64,000 bases of DNA. Source: Bacteroidales bacterium. Its GTDB lineage: Bacteria; Bacteroidota; Bacteroidia; Bacteroidales; UBA1402. The notes under the pieces are model-generated. The model saw only the letters and a list, made by a program, of their open reading frames with translations, was not told the DNA's origin and searched no databases. Positions 51,201 to 61,764 of the stretch are shown here, piece after piece. The translations under genes and the position numbers were made by a program. Numbering within the stretch: position 1 is the stretch's first letter; the number at the start of each line of letters is the position of its first letter. The stretch covers positions 18,668-82,667 of the forward strand of contig JAFUIP010000004.1 of NCBI GenBank assembly GCA_017468435.1. The letters are read 5' to 3'.

Positions 51201-51258
51201 ATTGTTGATATTTATAAAATTCTCACAATTGGGTGCAAGTTTACAAAGATTTATCCAA

Positions 51259-51281
51259 TAAAAAAAGCCTCCGAAGAGACT
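51259..51281 (-). terminator. Short intrinsic terminator after the beta-helix lipoprotein gene
   Basis: Minus strand reads AGTCTC-TTCG-GAGGCT (6 bp including one G-U; UUCG loop), followed by TTTTTTATT. Confidence 0.45.
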
Positions 51282-51314
51282 TTTTAAAAAAAATGATACG
51301 AACGTTAAAATTCA

Positions 51315-52754
51315 TCAAAAATCGCCTTTAACATACTCGAAAGCACCAAGATCGGGCGCCTCATCGGATAGACGCGAAACGCCAGCCGCATCAAGGGGAA
51401 TATCAGCCGAATAACGAGCATCGGCCTTATCGATGGCAGGTGACAGGGAATCGATGCGAAAATCGTAATGATAATTCTTGTTGACAGCCTTGAAATGCGG
51501 ATCTTCGTTGTAGATAATATTGATGGCAACGTCCTCAGGCATAGGAGATTTACTCCGAATCAAACAAGATTCAAAAGAAACCTGGTGTGCATAATCTTCC
51601 AGCAAGCCAAAACCAATTTCTTCCTCGCGCGAACCATAGACGATGCAATTGCGAAAAGCGGCTTGCACAAGCGGATAGGGCTGAATGCTTTTGTCTTCTC
51701 CCTGAGTAAAATTCACCAGCACCAAAGAAGGCGTATTCTCCTCTCTCGACACCAATACCTGATAATTCGCAATGGTACAATGAGTAAACAGAGCATCGCC
51801 ACCGATGATAGCCAGCGAGTAAGAACCGCTATTGGCAAAGACCGTATTCGACACTTCCATTTTGGTACTGATGGCATACAGATTGGTATATGCCATGTTG
51901 AAAATGTACGAATCGGAGAGGCTCAACTTCAATTTATCCACAGCTGACGAATCGGAAATAATACCGTAGTAGGCGCCTCGTATCTGCGTATGTTTGAAAA
52001 CATTGTCGTAACTTTCCGTACCAAGATAAACGCCCGTCCATTGTCCGGGATACCATTCGTAGGGAAAATCGTCGAAGGCCCAATCCAGACGGTCACCACG
52101 AAGCGTCACCGGCTGCTCGGCCGAACCTTCGGCTTGCACAGAGCCATACACCATCAGGGCTGCCCCGTCGTGAAAATGCAGTTTTACACCGGGTTCTATG
52201 CGCAACGTCGCACCTTCGGCCACCACCAGACTATCGTAGATAACATAGGGCGAAACTGCCGTCAGAACGGTGTCGGAGGTGATGTGTTTACCTTTCCACA
52301 TGATGGCATCCCATGCGCAGGCTTCGAGCGTCACCGACAAAGAAGATTCTCCGTAATAAAAACTCAATTCATCCACAACAGACTGTGGCACATCGCTTTG
52401 CTGCCGGGGCGGCGTCAATTCCACAAAGACAAAAAGACTATCGCCGGCGGGCAAGTTCAAATGCTTGCTTTCCGACAAGGACAAGGCATCCACGCTGACA
52501 CGGTAACCACTTTTTCCCGCCGAAGCCAAAGCCACCGAGTCTATAGTCAAATCTTTGTCCGAAGCATTGTAGATGCGCATCCAGGCCGTGGTGGAAGAAA
52601 CGGTAGAAAACAAAGTATCGAAGCGCAAAGTATCCTGCGAACAGCGCAAAGCACCATCGCCGGGAGGAAAAACGCCTGATTGCCGCTCTTTACAGGAAAC
52701 GGCAACCAGGGCAATACTTATCACAAGGATACAAATCCTACAGAATACTCGCAT
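51315..52754 (-). CDS. Lipoprotein with an Ig-like N-domain and right-handed beta-helix-like repeats, uncharacterised
   Basis: Start at ATG 52752-52754 (MRVFCRICILVISIALVAVSC, lipobox), overlapping the pepD stop (TAATG). It has periodic hydrophobic/Gly/Asn repeats (NTVFANSGSYSLAIIGGDALFTHCTIANY, FRNCIVYGS). Confidence 0.65.
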   Translation of the reverse strand: MRVFCRICILVISIALVAVSCKERQSGVFPPGDGALRCSQDTLRFDTLFSTVSSTTAWMRIYNASDKDLTIDSVALASAGKSGYRVSVDALSLSESKHLNLPAGDSLFVFVELTPPRQQSDVPQSVVDELSFYYGESSLSVTLEACAWDAIMWKGKHITSDTVLTAVSPYVIYDSLVVAEGATLRIEPGVKLHFHDGAALMVYGSVQAEGSAEQPVTLRGDRLDWAFDDFPYEWYPGQWTGVYLGTESYDNVFKHTQIRGAYYGIISDSSAVDKLKLSLSDSYIFNMAYTNLYAISTKMEVSNTVFANSGSYSLAIIGGDALFTHCTIANYQVLVSREENTPSLVLVNFTQGEDKSIQPYPLVQAAFRNCIVYGSREEEIGFGLLEDYAHQVSFESCLIRSKSPMPEDVAINIIYNEDPHFKAVNKNYHYDFRIDSLSPAIDKADARYSADIPLDAAGVSRLSDEAPDLGAFEYVKGDF

Positions 52755-54202
52755 TAAAGTCTTTCCAAAATAGCCAAAAGGTAATTCCAAACGCTCTCTA
52801 CCGAAGGAACATACAAGCATTCGTCGGGAGAGTGAACACCGCGCATGGTCGGACCGATGGAAACCATATCCCAATCGGGATACTTCTGCAAGAACAAACC
52901 ACATTCCAAACCGGCGTGAATAGCGTAAACCACAGGTTCTTCACCGTACATTTCCTTATGAACATCCACCATCACTTTCAACAAGGGAGATTCGGTATTG
53001 GGCGCCCAACCGGGATAACCTTCGGTATGCGTTGTGGTCATGCCAGCCAATTCAAAAATGGCACGAATACGATTTACCACATCAATCTTGCTGCTTTCGA
53101 TAGAACTACGCTGAGAAGTAACAATGGTCCATTCGTTTTCCTTGCCGGCCGTAGGCTTGACAGAAGCCAGGTTGGTAGAGGTATCCACTTGTTCGGGCAT
53201 ATCCTTGTTCATACGGATAACACCATTGGGACAAGCATACATAGATTGCAAGAAACGAGTTGAATATTCGGGTTTCAGCACGGTAGCAGGTGCATCGACA
53301 GAATCCAGAGTCAACTTCAGATCGGGTTCATTCTTGCCGAATTCGGCCTGCAAAGCAGCTTCGAACAAATTCAGACGCACGCGCAACTGTTCTTTGCTTG
53401 CAAAAGGAACGGCAGCCACACAAGAGGCTTCGCGAGGAATGGCATTGCTCAGATTACCACCCACAAAAGTACTGATATACAAATCGTTCTGACGAGATTC
53501 TTCGTAGAGGAAACGCACCAGCAATTGGTTGGCATTACCACGACCGGCATTGATATCCGTACCGGAGTGACCACCCTTCAAGCCGGTGATGCCCACTTTG
53601 AAATAATACATACCGGCAGGAGTTTCCTGAGTTTCAAAAGCGAACTGAGCCAAAGTATTGATACCGCCGGCACAACCGATGCACACCCAATGATCGTCTT
53701 CGCTATCGAGGTTAATCAAGGTTTTTCCTTGCAACAGACCGGGTTCAATGCCGGAAGCACCAACCAGACCCACTTCTTCGTCGACGGTGAACAGACATTC
53801 GATAGGGCCATGCTTAATGTCGTCGGAAGCCAAAACAGCCAAAGCCATAGCCACGGCAATACCATTATCGGCACCCAGGGTTGTACCGCGGGCACGCATC
53901 CAATCGTCTTCCACATAATAATCGATGGGGTCTTTTTCAAAATCGTGCTGTACATCGTTGTTCTTTTCGCAAACCATATCGATGTGACCTTGCAAAATAA
54001 CAGGCTTGGCATTTTCGCGACCGGGAGTGGCAGGCTTGCGGATAATCACGTTACCTACTTTGTCGTGCAGACTTTCCAATCCGTGTTCTTTGGCGAAATC
54101 GAGCAGCCATTGCTGCGCTTTCTGGGTTTTGAACGAGGGACGAGGAACCTTACAGAGTTCCTGAAAATAATGCCATACAGAGGCGGGATTCAAATTACTC
54201 AT
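52754..54202 (-). CDS. pepD: Aminoacyl-histidine dipeptidase (M20C)
   Basis: VWHYFQELCKVPRPS...GNVIIRKPATPGRENAKPVILQGHIDMVCEKN is typical of PepD. Confidence 0.92.
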   Translation of the reverse strand: MSNLNPASVWHYFQELCKVPRPSFKTQKAQQWLLDFAKEHGLESLHDKVGNVIIRKPATPGRENAKPVILQGHIDMVCEKNNDVQHDFEKDPIDYYVEDDWMRARGTTLGADNGIAVAMALAVLASDDIKHGPIECLFTVDEEVGLVGASGIEPGLLQGKTLINLDSEDDHWVCIGCAGGINTLAQFAFETQETPAGMYYFKVGITGLKGGHSGTDINAGRGNANQLLVRFLYEESRQNDLYISTFVGGNLSNAIPREASCVAAVPFASKEQLRVRLNLFEAALQAEFGKNEPDLKLTLDSVDAPATVLKPEYSTRFLQSMYACPNGVIRMNKDMPEQVDTSTNLASVKPTAGKENEWTIVTSQRSSIESSKIDVVNRIRAIFELAGMTTTHTEGYPGWAPNTESPLLKVMVDVHKEMYGEEPVVYAIHAGLECGLFLQKYPDWDMVSIGPTMRGVHSPDECLYVPSVESVWNYLLAILERL

Positions 54203-54289
54203 AGTGTCAATATTTTAAGTTGTTATCATTGTAAAACTCGGATTTCCGCAAAAATAGGCAAAGGCATGGGAAATACCAAAAAAATACAC

Positions 54290-54297
54290 TACTTTTG
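54290..54297 (+). promoter_or_regulatory. -7 promoter box (TACTTTTG) for the small-membrane-protein/ompH/lon unit
   Basis: Exact TAnnTTTG match 23 nt upstream of ATG 54320. The context is identical to the rpsP promoter. Confidence 0.5.
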
Positions 54298-54319
54298 CAC
54301 CCTATTTTGCGCAAAGATT

Positions 54320-54529
54320 ATGCTGAAAGTTTTGATTCTCACTCTCGGAATTGTATTCATCGCCGTGCTGATGTTGGGCGTAAGGGTGTTCTTCGTCAAA
54401 GGAGGACGTTTTCCCAATATCCATATAGAAGGCAACAAAGCTTTGAGAAAGAAAGGCATACATTGTGCCAAAAGCATGGACAAATTAGAAAGAAAACAAA
54501 TAACAAGTTCACATTATGAAAAAGATTAA
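54320..54529 (+). CDS. Small (69 aa) single-pass membrane protein
   Basis: ATG-initiated: MLKVLILTLGIVFIAVLMLGVRVFFVKGGRFPNIHIEGNKALRKKGIHCAKS... It is hidden inside a long spurious antisense ORF on the track, lies right after a -7 box, and overlaps the ompH start by 14 nt. Confidence 0.55.
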   Translation: MLKVLILTLGIVFIAVLMLGVRVFFVKGGRFPNIHIEGNKALRKKGIHCAKSMDKLERKQITSSHYEKD

Positions 54530-55139
54530 CATCATCCTCGAAATCGTGCTGCTCGTAGCCCTTGCAGCGCTTTACATCATTCATTTCACATGTCAACCCA
54601 AGAGCGAAGATTGCACGCAGAGCTGTCCTACGGAAGCTGCTGCCGAAGCCAATCTTCCCATTGCCTACATCAACGTAGATTCATTGCTTTTGCAATACCA
54701 GTATTCTATCGACTTGAACGATCAGTTGTTGCGCAAACGCGAAAATTCTCAGGCCAGCTACAACCAAAAAGCTCGTCAATTTGAAGAGGAAGCTGCTGAA
54801 TTTCAACGCAAACTCGAAAACAATGCTTTCCTTTCGGAACAACGCGCCCGCAGCGAACAAGAACGCCTTATCAAGAAACAACAAGATTTGCAGGAACTCG
54901 ACCAACGTTTGTCTAACGAACTGGCCACCGAAATGCAAAACATGAACATGCGTCTGCAAGATTCTATCTACAATTATCTGCACGAATACAATAAGGTAAA
55001 GAATTATCACCTTATCATCAGCAACTCGGCCAACGACAACATTCTCATTGGCGCACCCGCCTACAACATCACCGACGAAGTGCTGGAAGCCCTGAATGCC
55101 CGTTATGCCGCCAAGCCTGCCAAGAAATCAAAGAAATAA
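54516..55139 (+). CDS. OmpH/Skp-family periplasmic chaperone
   Basis: N-terminal hydrophobic segment followed by a long coiled-coil rich in Q/E/R/L. The size and the C-terminal ...YNITDEVLEALN... fit the OmpH family. Confidence 0.8.
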   Translation: MKKINIILEIVLLVALAALYIIHFTCQPKSEDCTQSCPTEAAAEANLPIAYINVDSLLLQYQYSIDLNDQLLRKRENSQASYNQKARQFEEEAAEFQRKLENNAFLSEQRARSEQERLIKKQQDLQELDQRLSNELATEMQNMNMRLQDSIYNYLHEYNKVKNYHLIISNSANDNILIGAPAYNITDEVLEALNARYAAKPAKKSKK

Positions 55140-55145
55140 TCCAAG

Positions 55146-57575
55146 ATGAACATTTACAGCCAAATATCTCTTTCACAAGACGAGGAACCAACGGAAGGCA
55201 ACTTCATTCCGATGATTTCGGATGATGACGAACCCTATCTCGAACAAACCGACCTGCCCGACACTTTGCCCATCCTGCCACTGCGCAACATGGTGCTGTT
55301 TCCGGGTGTGGCCATGCCTGTGAGCGTAGGTCGTCAGAAATCGCTGCGTTTAGTGAGAGAAGCATACCAGCAAAACACCATCATTGCAGCCTTTACGCAA
55401 AAGGATGCCAAAGTGGAAGATCCGCTCCAGGAAGATTTGGTCGAAGTGGGCGTGGTGGCTCGCATCATCCGTATTCTGGAAATGCCCGACAACTCCACCA
55501 CCATCATTTTGCAAACCATCAACCGTTGCGAGTTGGACGAACTCACCGGCAGCGAACCTTACCTGAAAGGCCGCATCATTCTGCGCGAAGACATCATTCC
55601 CGAAAAACCTTCACGCAAATTCGAAGCCTTGATTCAAGCCATCAAAGACCTGTCTATCAAGATCATCAAGAACTCGGCCAGCAATTTGCCGGCGGAAGCT
55701 GTTTTCGCCATCCGCAATATTGAAAAGCCTTTTGCATTGGTCAATTTCATCTGTGCCAATTTTGCCATCAAGATGCAAGAAAAGCTGGAATTGCTCTTTA
55801 TCGACGATTTCCAGAGCCGTTGCTATAGACTGATGGAAATCATGAACCGGGAGTCGCAATTGCTCGATTTGAAAATGTCTATCCAGTCGAAAACGAAAGA
55901 AGGCATCTCTCAGCAGCAACGCGAATTTTTCCTGCAACAGCAGATCAAGACCATTCAGAACGAATTGGGCGGCACCGCGCAAGAGCAGGAATGCCAGGAA
56001 ATGCGCAACAAGGCCAAACAGAAAAAATGGAGCAAGGACATTGCTGACAGTTTCGAAAAAGAGATGCAGAAACTCGAAGCCATGAGCCCCTACTCGCCCG
56101 ATTATTCTACGCAAACCAATTACCTGCATACCTTGCTCGACCTGCCTTGGGGTGAATACAGCAAGGACAATTTCAGTTTGACTCGCGCCAAGAAGGTGCT
56201 GAACCAAGATCATTTCGGCATGGAAAAAGTGAAGGAACGCATCTTGGAACACTTGGCCGTGCTGAAGTTGAAAGGCGACCTGAAATCGCCCATTCTTTGT
56301 TTGTACGGCCCTCCCGGAGTGGGAAAAACCTCGCTCGGACGTTCCATTGCCGAATCTTTAGGCCGTCAGTATCAGCGTATTTCTTTGGGAGGCTTGCACG
56401 ACGAATCGGAAATCAGAGGACATCGCCGCACTTATATCGGTGCCATGCCCGGCCGCATCATCAAAGGTTTGATGAAAGCCGGCACGTCCAACCCTGTTTT
56501 CATTCTCGACGAAATTGACAAAGTTACCCGCGACGGAGCCCACGGCGACCCCTCGTATGCCTTGCTCGAAGTGCTCGATCCCGAACAGAACCACGCCTTC
56601 CACGACAACTTTGTCGATTTGGATTACGATTTGTCAAAGGTAATGTTCATTGCCACGGCCAACTCGCTGAATACCATTCCCCAGCCCCTGCTCGACCGCA
56701 TGGAACTGATCGATGTTTCGGGTTACTTGGCCGAAGAAAAGGTGGAAATAGCCTGGCGTCATCTTTTGCCCAAGCAGTTGAACAATCACGGATTGGAAGC
56801 TTCTCAGATTCAGATAGAAAAAAGCGATTTGCGCTACATCATCGAAGCCTATACCCGCGAATCGGGCGTGCGCGAGCTCGACAAGAAAATTGCTCAGATT
56901 TGCCGTCGCAGCGCTCACCTCATTGCCGGAAAGAAGACGCAACAGGTGGTGATTGACCAAGAAAGAATAAAGGATTTCTTAGGCGTGCCGCGTTTCAAGA
57001 AAGAACTCTACGAAGGCAACGACAACATCGGCGTGGTGACCGGCCTTGCCTGGACCGCGGTGGGCGGCGAAATTCTTTACATAGAATCGTCCATCAACAA
57101 AAGCAAGAACGGTGGAAAACTCAGCCTTACCGGAAACTTAGGCGATGTAATGAAGGAATCGGCCATTTTGGCGCTCGAATTCTTGAAAGCACATCACGAG
57201 AGTCTGAAGCTCGGATTAGATAACAATGTTTTCGAAGAATACAACGTGCATATCCACGTACCCGAAGGCGCGGTTCCTAAAGACGGACCTTCTGCAGGCA
57301 TCACCTTGCTTACTTCATTGGTATCGAGCTTCACGCAAAGGAAAGTGCGCAAAAACATTGCCATGACCGGAGAAATCACCCTGCGCGGACGCGTCATGCC
57401 CGTGGGTGGCATCAAGGAAAAAATCCTGGCCGCCAAACGTGCCGGCATCAAGGAAATCATTCTGTCGGAAGAGAATCGCAAGGACATAGAGGAAATCCAA
57501 GCCGTTTACATCAAGGGCTTGACCTTCCATTTTGTTCGAGATGCCAAGGAGGTCATTGCCTTGGCCATCATCTAA
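55146..57575 (+). CDS. lon: ATP-dependent Lon protease (endopeptidase La)
   Basis: LON N-domain, Walker [10 protein letters not shown] and catalytic Ser in [10 protein letters not shown]. Confidence 0.96.
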   Translation: MNIYSQISLSQDEEPTEGNFIPMISDDDEPYLEQTDLPDTLPILPLRNMVLFPGVAMPVSVGRQKSLRLVREAYQQNTIIAAFTQKDAKVEDPLQEDLVEVGVVARIIRILEMPDNSTTIILQTINRCELDELTGSEPYLKGRIILREDIIPEKPSRKFEALIQAIKDLSIKIIKNSASNLPAEAVFAIRNIEKPFALVNFICANFAIKMQEKLELLFIDDFQSRCYRLMEIMNRESQLLDLKMSIQSKTKEGISQQQREFFLQQQIKTIQNELGGTAQEQECQEMRNKAKQKKWSKDIADSFEKEMQKLEAMSPYSPDYSTQTNYLHTLLDLPWGEYSKDNFSLTRAKKVLNQDHFGMEKVKERILEHLAVLKLKGDLKSPILCLYGPPGVGKTSLGRSIAESLGRQYQRISLGGLHDESEIRGHRRTYIGAMPGRIIKGLMKAGTSNPVFILDEIDKVTRDGAHGDPSYALLEVLDPEQNHAFHDNFVDLDYDLSKVMFIATANSLNTIPQPLLDRMELIDVSGYLAEEKVEIAWRHLLPKQLNNHGLEASQIQIEKSDLRYIIEAYTRESGVRELDKKIAQICRRSAHLIAGKKTQQVVIDQERIKDFLGVPRFKKELYEGNDNIGVVTGLAWTAVGGEILYIESSINKSKNGGKLSLTGNLGDVMKESAILALEFLKAHHESLKLGLDNNVFEEYNVHIHVPEGAVPKDGPSAGITLLTSLVSSFTQRKVRKNIAMTGEITLRGRVMPVGGIKEKILAAKRAGIKEIILSEENRKDIEEIQAVYIKGLTFHFVRDAKEVIALAII

Positions 57576-57590
57576 TTGTGGTGTAAATTA

Positions 57591-58682
57591 TTATTTCGGA
57601 GCTGTTCGATACAAGACAGCTGCAATGACGGTGTACAATATATTGGGAATCCACACTGCCAACATGGGCGTCGTTTTCCCCGATAGTGCCAAGGAGCCGG
57701 ACAAAGTATCGAACAAAATGTAAGAGAAGGCTATCAGCAGGCCCAGTCCGAGATGAAGTCCCATACCGCCACGCACTTTTCGAGAACAGAGCGAAACACC
57801 TATCACCGTCAGAATCAGGATGGAGAAGGGAAATGAGAATCGGCGGTGATACTCAATTTCGTACTCTTTGATATTGGCCACCCCGCGACGCTTTTGTCTG
57901 TCCAAATACTGACGAAGCTCGGTGGTGGTCATTTGTTCGCTATAGCCTTTCACAATAAAGAATTCCGAAGGATTCATCACAATGGTGGTGTCCATGCTGC
58001 GGCCGTGGGAGATATGTTCCACCAAGCCATCGAAATCGCGCGTCAGGTAGTCTTGCATGGTCCATTTGTTTTCTTCTTTCATCGTGAGGCGCTGCGCCGT
58101 GGTTTTCGACACTAAGCGTTGTCCTTCGTATTTTTCGATAAAGAAGCGGTAGCCGATTTTGCGTTTGTCGTCGAAGCGTTCTATATAAATGATGACGCCC
58201 GGCTCAATTTCCATCTGCACATTGCGCACATAGTCCTTGGTCACTTTCCGGACGTATTTATCCTCGAAAGCCAAACGTTCCTTGTTGGAAGGCGGTATGA
58301 CAAATGAAGAAAGATAAAACACCAACACCGCCAACAATGTTGCCGAAAACAGATAGGGCCGCATCAGGCGCGAAAAGCTCATTCCCCCCGAAAGCATGGC
58401 CACGATTTCCGTATCACCCGCCAACTTGGAGGTAAAATATACCACCGCTATAAAAATGAAAAAAGGACTGAATTTCACGCTGAAATACGGAATGAAATTC
58501 ATGAAATAGTGAAAGATAGCCTCAGCCGGAGCTTCGTTGCGCTGAAATTTATCGAACTTCTCGTTGTAGTCGAACACCACCACGATTGCCATCACCAATA
58601 CGAGGCAAAAGAAAAAGGTACCCATATATTTTCCAATGATATAGGTATCTAAACGTTTGAAAGGTGATGGCCATTTTTTCAT
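57591..58682 (-). CDS. LptF/LptG-family LPS export permease
   Basis: 363 aa with the YjgP/YjgQ topology: 3 TM, a periplasmic beta-jellyroll, then 3 TM. Confidence 0.85.
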   Translation of the reverse strand: MKKWPSPFKRLDTYIIGKYMGTFFFCLVLVMAIVVVFDYNEKFDKFQRNEAPAEAIFHYFMNFIPYFSVKFSPFFIFIAVVYFTSKLAGDTEIVAMLSGGMSFSRLMRPYLFSATLLAVLVFYLSSFVIPPSNKERLAFEDKYVRKVTKDYVRNVQMEIEPGVIIYIERFDDKRKIGYRFFIEKYEGQRLVSKTTAQRLTMKEENKWTMQDYLTRDFDGLVEHISHGRSMDTTIVMNPSEFFIVKGYSEQMTTTELRQYLDRQKRRGVANIKEYEIEYHRRFSFPFSILILTVIGVSLCSRKVRGGMGLHLGLGLLIAFSYILFDTLSGSLALSGKTTPMLAVWIPNILYTVIAAVLYRTAPK

Positions 58683-59812
58683 TGTTTTCCGCCCTCCATA
58701 TCGCTAAGAATCTGACGTTTCCACTCGGAATAATCGCCAGCCAGAATATGTTTGCGAGCTTCTCCCACCAACCAAAGATAGAATGCCAGGTTGTGGATGG
58801 AAGCAATTTCCAATGCCAACAATTCGTCGGCCATAAACAAATGACGCAGATATGCCTTAGAATACATACGGTCCACTTCGGCAGCGCCATCGGCCTCTAT
58901 GGGAGAAAAATCCTTGGCCCACTTCAGGTTGCGGAAGTTCAGACGACCATGTTTGGTGTACAATCGGGCATTGCGTCCGTCGCGCGTAGGCATGACACAA
59001 TCGAACATATCCACACCGCGTTCTATGGCTTCGAGCAGGTTCTGCGGTGTACCCACTCCCATGAGGTAACGAGGCTTGTCTTTGGGCAGGATTTCGTTCA
59101 CCACCTCAATCATTTCGTACATTTTCTCGGCCGGTTCGCCCACCGCCAAGCCACCGATGGCATAGCCTTCGCAATCTTTCTGTATCACATATTCAGCCGA
59201 ACGACGACGCAAGTCGGGATAGACACAACCCTGAACAATAGGAAAATAGCTCTGATGATGTCCGTACAAAGGTTCGGTTTCCTTGTAATGCTTATAACCA
59301 CGATCCAACCAACGCATGGTCAGTTCGAGAGATTCCTTGGCATAGCGATAATCGGCCGTTCCCGGCGTACATTCGTCCAATTGCATCATGATATCGGAGC
59401 CAATGATGCGCTGCGTATCTACCACATTCTCAGGCGTAAACAAATGACGCGAACCATCGATATGCGATTGGAAGGTAACGCCTTCTTCCTTCATCTTGCG
59501 GCACTTGGACAAGGAGAACACCTGAAAACCGCCGCTGTCGGTAAGAATAGGACGATCCCAATTGATGAAACGATGCAAACCTCCTGCTTGCTGCAAGACC
59601 TCACGGCCCGGACGCAGGTACAGATGATAAGTATTTCCCAAGATAATCTGGGCCTTCACATCTTCTTTCAATTGCGTCTGGCTCACCGCCTTCACCGAGC
59701 CGCAGGTACCCACGGGCATAAAAATGGGCGTCATGATATCACCATGATCGGTATGCAGAATACCGGCACGGGCATTGGTCTTTGGGTCTTGTGCTAAGAG
59801 TTCAAATGTCAT
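58679..59812 (-). CDS. tgt: tRNA-guanosine(34) transglycosylase
   Basis: TPIFMPVGT, ILTDSGGFQVFS, MQLDECTP and FDCVMPTR. Confidence 0.96.
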   Translation of the reverse strand: MTFELLAQDPKTNARAGILHTDHGDIMTPIFMPVGTCGSVKAVSQTQLKEDVKAQIILGNTYHLYLRPGREVLQQAGGLHRFINWDRPILTDSGGFQVFSLSKCRKMKEEGVTFQSHIDGSRHLFTPENVVDTQRIIGSDIMMQLDECTPGTADYRYAKESLELTMRWLDRGYKHYKETEPLYGHHQSYFPIVQGCVYPDLRRRSAEYVIQKDCEGYAIGGLAVGEPAEKMYEMIEVVNEILPKDKPRYLMGVGTPQNLLEAIERGVDMFDCVMPTRDGRNARLYTKHGRLNFRNLKWAKDFSPIEADGAAEVDRMYSKAYLRHLFMADELLALEIASIHNLAFYLWLVGEARKHILAGDYSEWKRQILSDMEGGKQ

Positions 59813-59856
59813 CGCGAAGAAATTTGGCGCGAAGGTAGTATTTTTTTACAAGACTT

Positions 59857-60630
59857 TCACTGAATCTTACGACGAATATCTGTCAAGAAAGCTTTCATTG
59901 CCTCAGCATCCTTATTGGAGATTATTTCCAACAAACGTTTCAGCTCCAGACGAATGTTTTCCACCTGGCCCGGCGTGCGCGGATTGAAGAGAATTTCCTG
60001 CAATAGATAATCGTCTTCGCTAAGCAAACCTTTGGCAATGCCCATGTGCTTTTTGAAAGTGGTTCCCGGCGCCTCCTGATGCTTCATCACCGCCGAAAAC
60101 ACCAAGGTGGAAACAAAAGGGATAGACAAGGAATAGGCCACGGTTTCGTCGTGCTCGTCGAAGGTATATTCAAAGATATTCAGGTGCATACTCTGGTAGA
60201 AATCCTTGAAAAACACCTTGCCCAGATGGTCGCCCTCGCTGATGATGATGGCATTTTCGCTGCTCAGATTGTTGAGCGAAGCAAAGGTCGGGCCAAACAT
60301 GGGGTGCGTCGAAACAAAGCGGAATCCACTCTTCTCGTAAAAATCTTTCAAACCCGTTTTCACAGAAGCAATATCGCTGATAATGCAATCTTTAGGAAGA
60401 TATGGCAAAACTTTTTCGAAGGCCTCCAAGGTATATTTCACCGTCACCGCATTGATAAGCAATTCAGGACGGAAATCGCGAATTTCTTCGAGCGTGGTAA
60501 AACGATAGGTATTGTACACAAAACGAAGGCGTTGCGCATCCACATCATAAACGGCGGTCTCGTGCTGAAAGCTCAAGGCATCGCAAAGGAAAGAGCCCAT
60601 TTTGCCGGCACCCATAATCAGAATTCTCAT
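59857..60630 (-). CDS. tyrA: Prephenate dehydrogenase
   Basis: Rossmann GAGKMGSF, SVK...HPMFGP. Confidence 0.88.
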   Translation of the reverse strand: MRILIMGAGKMGSFLCDALSFQHETAVYDVDAQRLRFVYNTYRFTTLEEIRDFRPELLINAVTVKYTLEAFEKVLPYLPKDCIISDIASVKTGLKDFYEKSGFRFVSTHPMFGPTFASLNNLSSENAIIISEGDHLGKVFFKDFYQSMHLNIFEYTFDEHDETVAYSLSIPFVSTLVFSAVMKHQEAPGTTFKKHMGIAKGLLSEDDYLLQEILFNPRTPGQVENIRLELKRLLEIISNKDAEAMKAFLTDIRRKIQ

Positions 60631-60642
60631 GACAAAACTTGT

Positions 60643-61704
60643 TTATTGGTTAATGATTTCCATTTGTTGACGCACACTTTCTTCGTGGATAGCCTCGAAA
60701 ACTTTTTTGATAAACGCCTGATCCATACCGCAAAGCGCACCCTGAGCACCACGTTTGTCAAGAATTTCGTTGTAACGGCCGGTTTGCAGAATGTTCACGC
60801 CATGTTCCTTTTTGTAGGTACCGATTTCGCGGCACACGCGCATACGCTTGGCCAAGAGCTGGATCAGATCGTTGTCGCATTCGTCGATTTGCTTGCGCAG
60901 TTCGTTCAGACTCTCGGTAGTGTGAGTATCTTTTCTGATAACCAAAAGGTTGAGAATGTAGTCGAGCACGTCGGGCGTGATTTGTTGCGAAGCATCGCTC
61001 CAGGCGGCATCCGGGTTGCAATGGCTCTCGATGATCAATCCATCAAAGCCAAGGTCCATAGCCTGCTGACTGAGCGAAGCAATGAGTTCGCGCTTGCCGC
61101 CAATATGGCTGGGATCGCAGAAAATAGGCAAGTTAGGAATACGACGACGCAATTCGATGGGAATATGCCATTGCGGCAGATTGCGGTACAGTTTCTTGTC
61201 GAAAGAGCTAAAGCCACGATGAATGGCGGCGATGCGCTTCAAACCCGCATTGTTGATACGTTCCATGGCGCCTATCCAAAGTTCCAAGTCGGGATTCACG
61301 GGATTTTTCACCAAGACGGGAATATCCACGCCCTTCAAAGCATCGGCAATTTCCTGCATGGCAAATGGATTGGCCGTGGTACGCGCCCCTATCCACATGA
61401 TATCGATGCCCGCCTTCAGACATTCATAGACATGCTTGGCCGTTGCCACTTCGGTAGCCACATACATACCGGTTTCCTTCTTGACATTCTTCAGCCAGGG
61501 CAAAGCATCCACCCCCACACCTTCGAATCCGCCGGGCTTGGTTCTCGGCTTCCACACGCCGGCGCGGAAAATCTTCACTCCTCTTTCGGCCAATTGCTTG
61601 GCTGTATTCATCACCTGTTCTTCTGTTTCTGCGCTGCAAGGTCCGGCAATCACCAAAGGACGCTTATCTTCCATTTCGGGCAGCAAAATTGATTCGAGTT
61701 CCAT
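60643..61704 (-). CDS. aroF: Bifunctional 3-deoxy-7-phosphoheptulonate (DAHP) synthase / chorismate mutase type II
   Basis: Class I-beta DAHPS/KDO8PS-like barrel (IAGPCSAE, GARTT, DPSH) fused to a C-terminal CM2 helix bundle (LRKQIDECDNDLIQLLAKRMRV). Confidence 0.9.
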   Translation of the reverse strand: MELESILLPEMEDKRPLVIAGPCSAETEEQVMNTAKQLAERGVKIFRAGVWKPRTKPGGFEGVGVDALPWLKNVKKETGMYVATEVATAKHVYECLKAGIDIMWIGARTTANPFAMQEIADALKGVDIPVLVKNPVNPDLELWIGAMERINNAGLKRIAAIHRGFSSFDKKLYRNLPQWHIPIELRRRIPNLPIFCDPSHIGGKRELIASLSQQAMDLGFDGLIIESHCNPDAAWSDASQQITPDVLDYILNLLVIRKDTHTTESLNELRKQIDECDNDLIQLLAKRMRVCREIGTYKKEHGVNILQTGRYNEILDKRGAQGALCGMDQAFIKKVFEAIHEESVRQQMEIINQ

Positions 61705-61764
61705 ATTCTTATTATATTGTTTTAATTACTATTGACATTTCATTTCCTATTGTCCTGTATCCCT

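Noticed and set aside
51242-51258. Sigma-54-like TGGATA-N5-TTGTA upstream of the fasciclin gene.
   Set aside because: The -12 element has GT instead of the essential GC, and the -24 element matches only TGG. This is too weak to call.
59813-59856. Direct repeat CGCGAAG-N8-CGCGAAG in the tyrA-tgt spacer.
   Set aside because: It consists of two 7-mers in a 44-nt spacer, which is within chance expectation. It has no dyad symmetry or known operator pattern.
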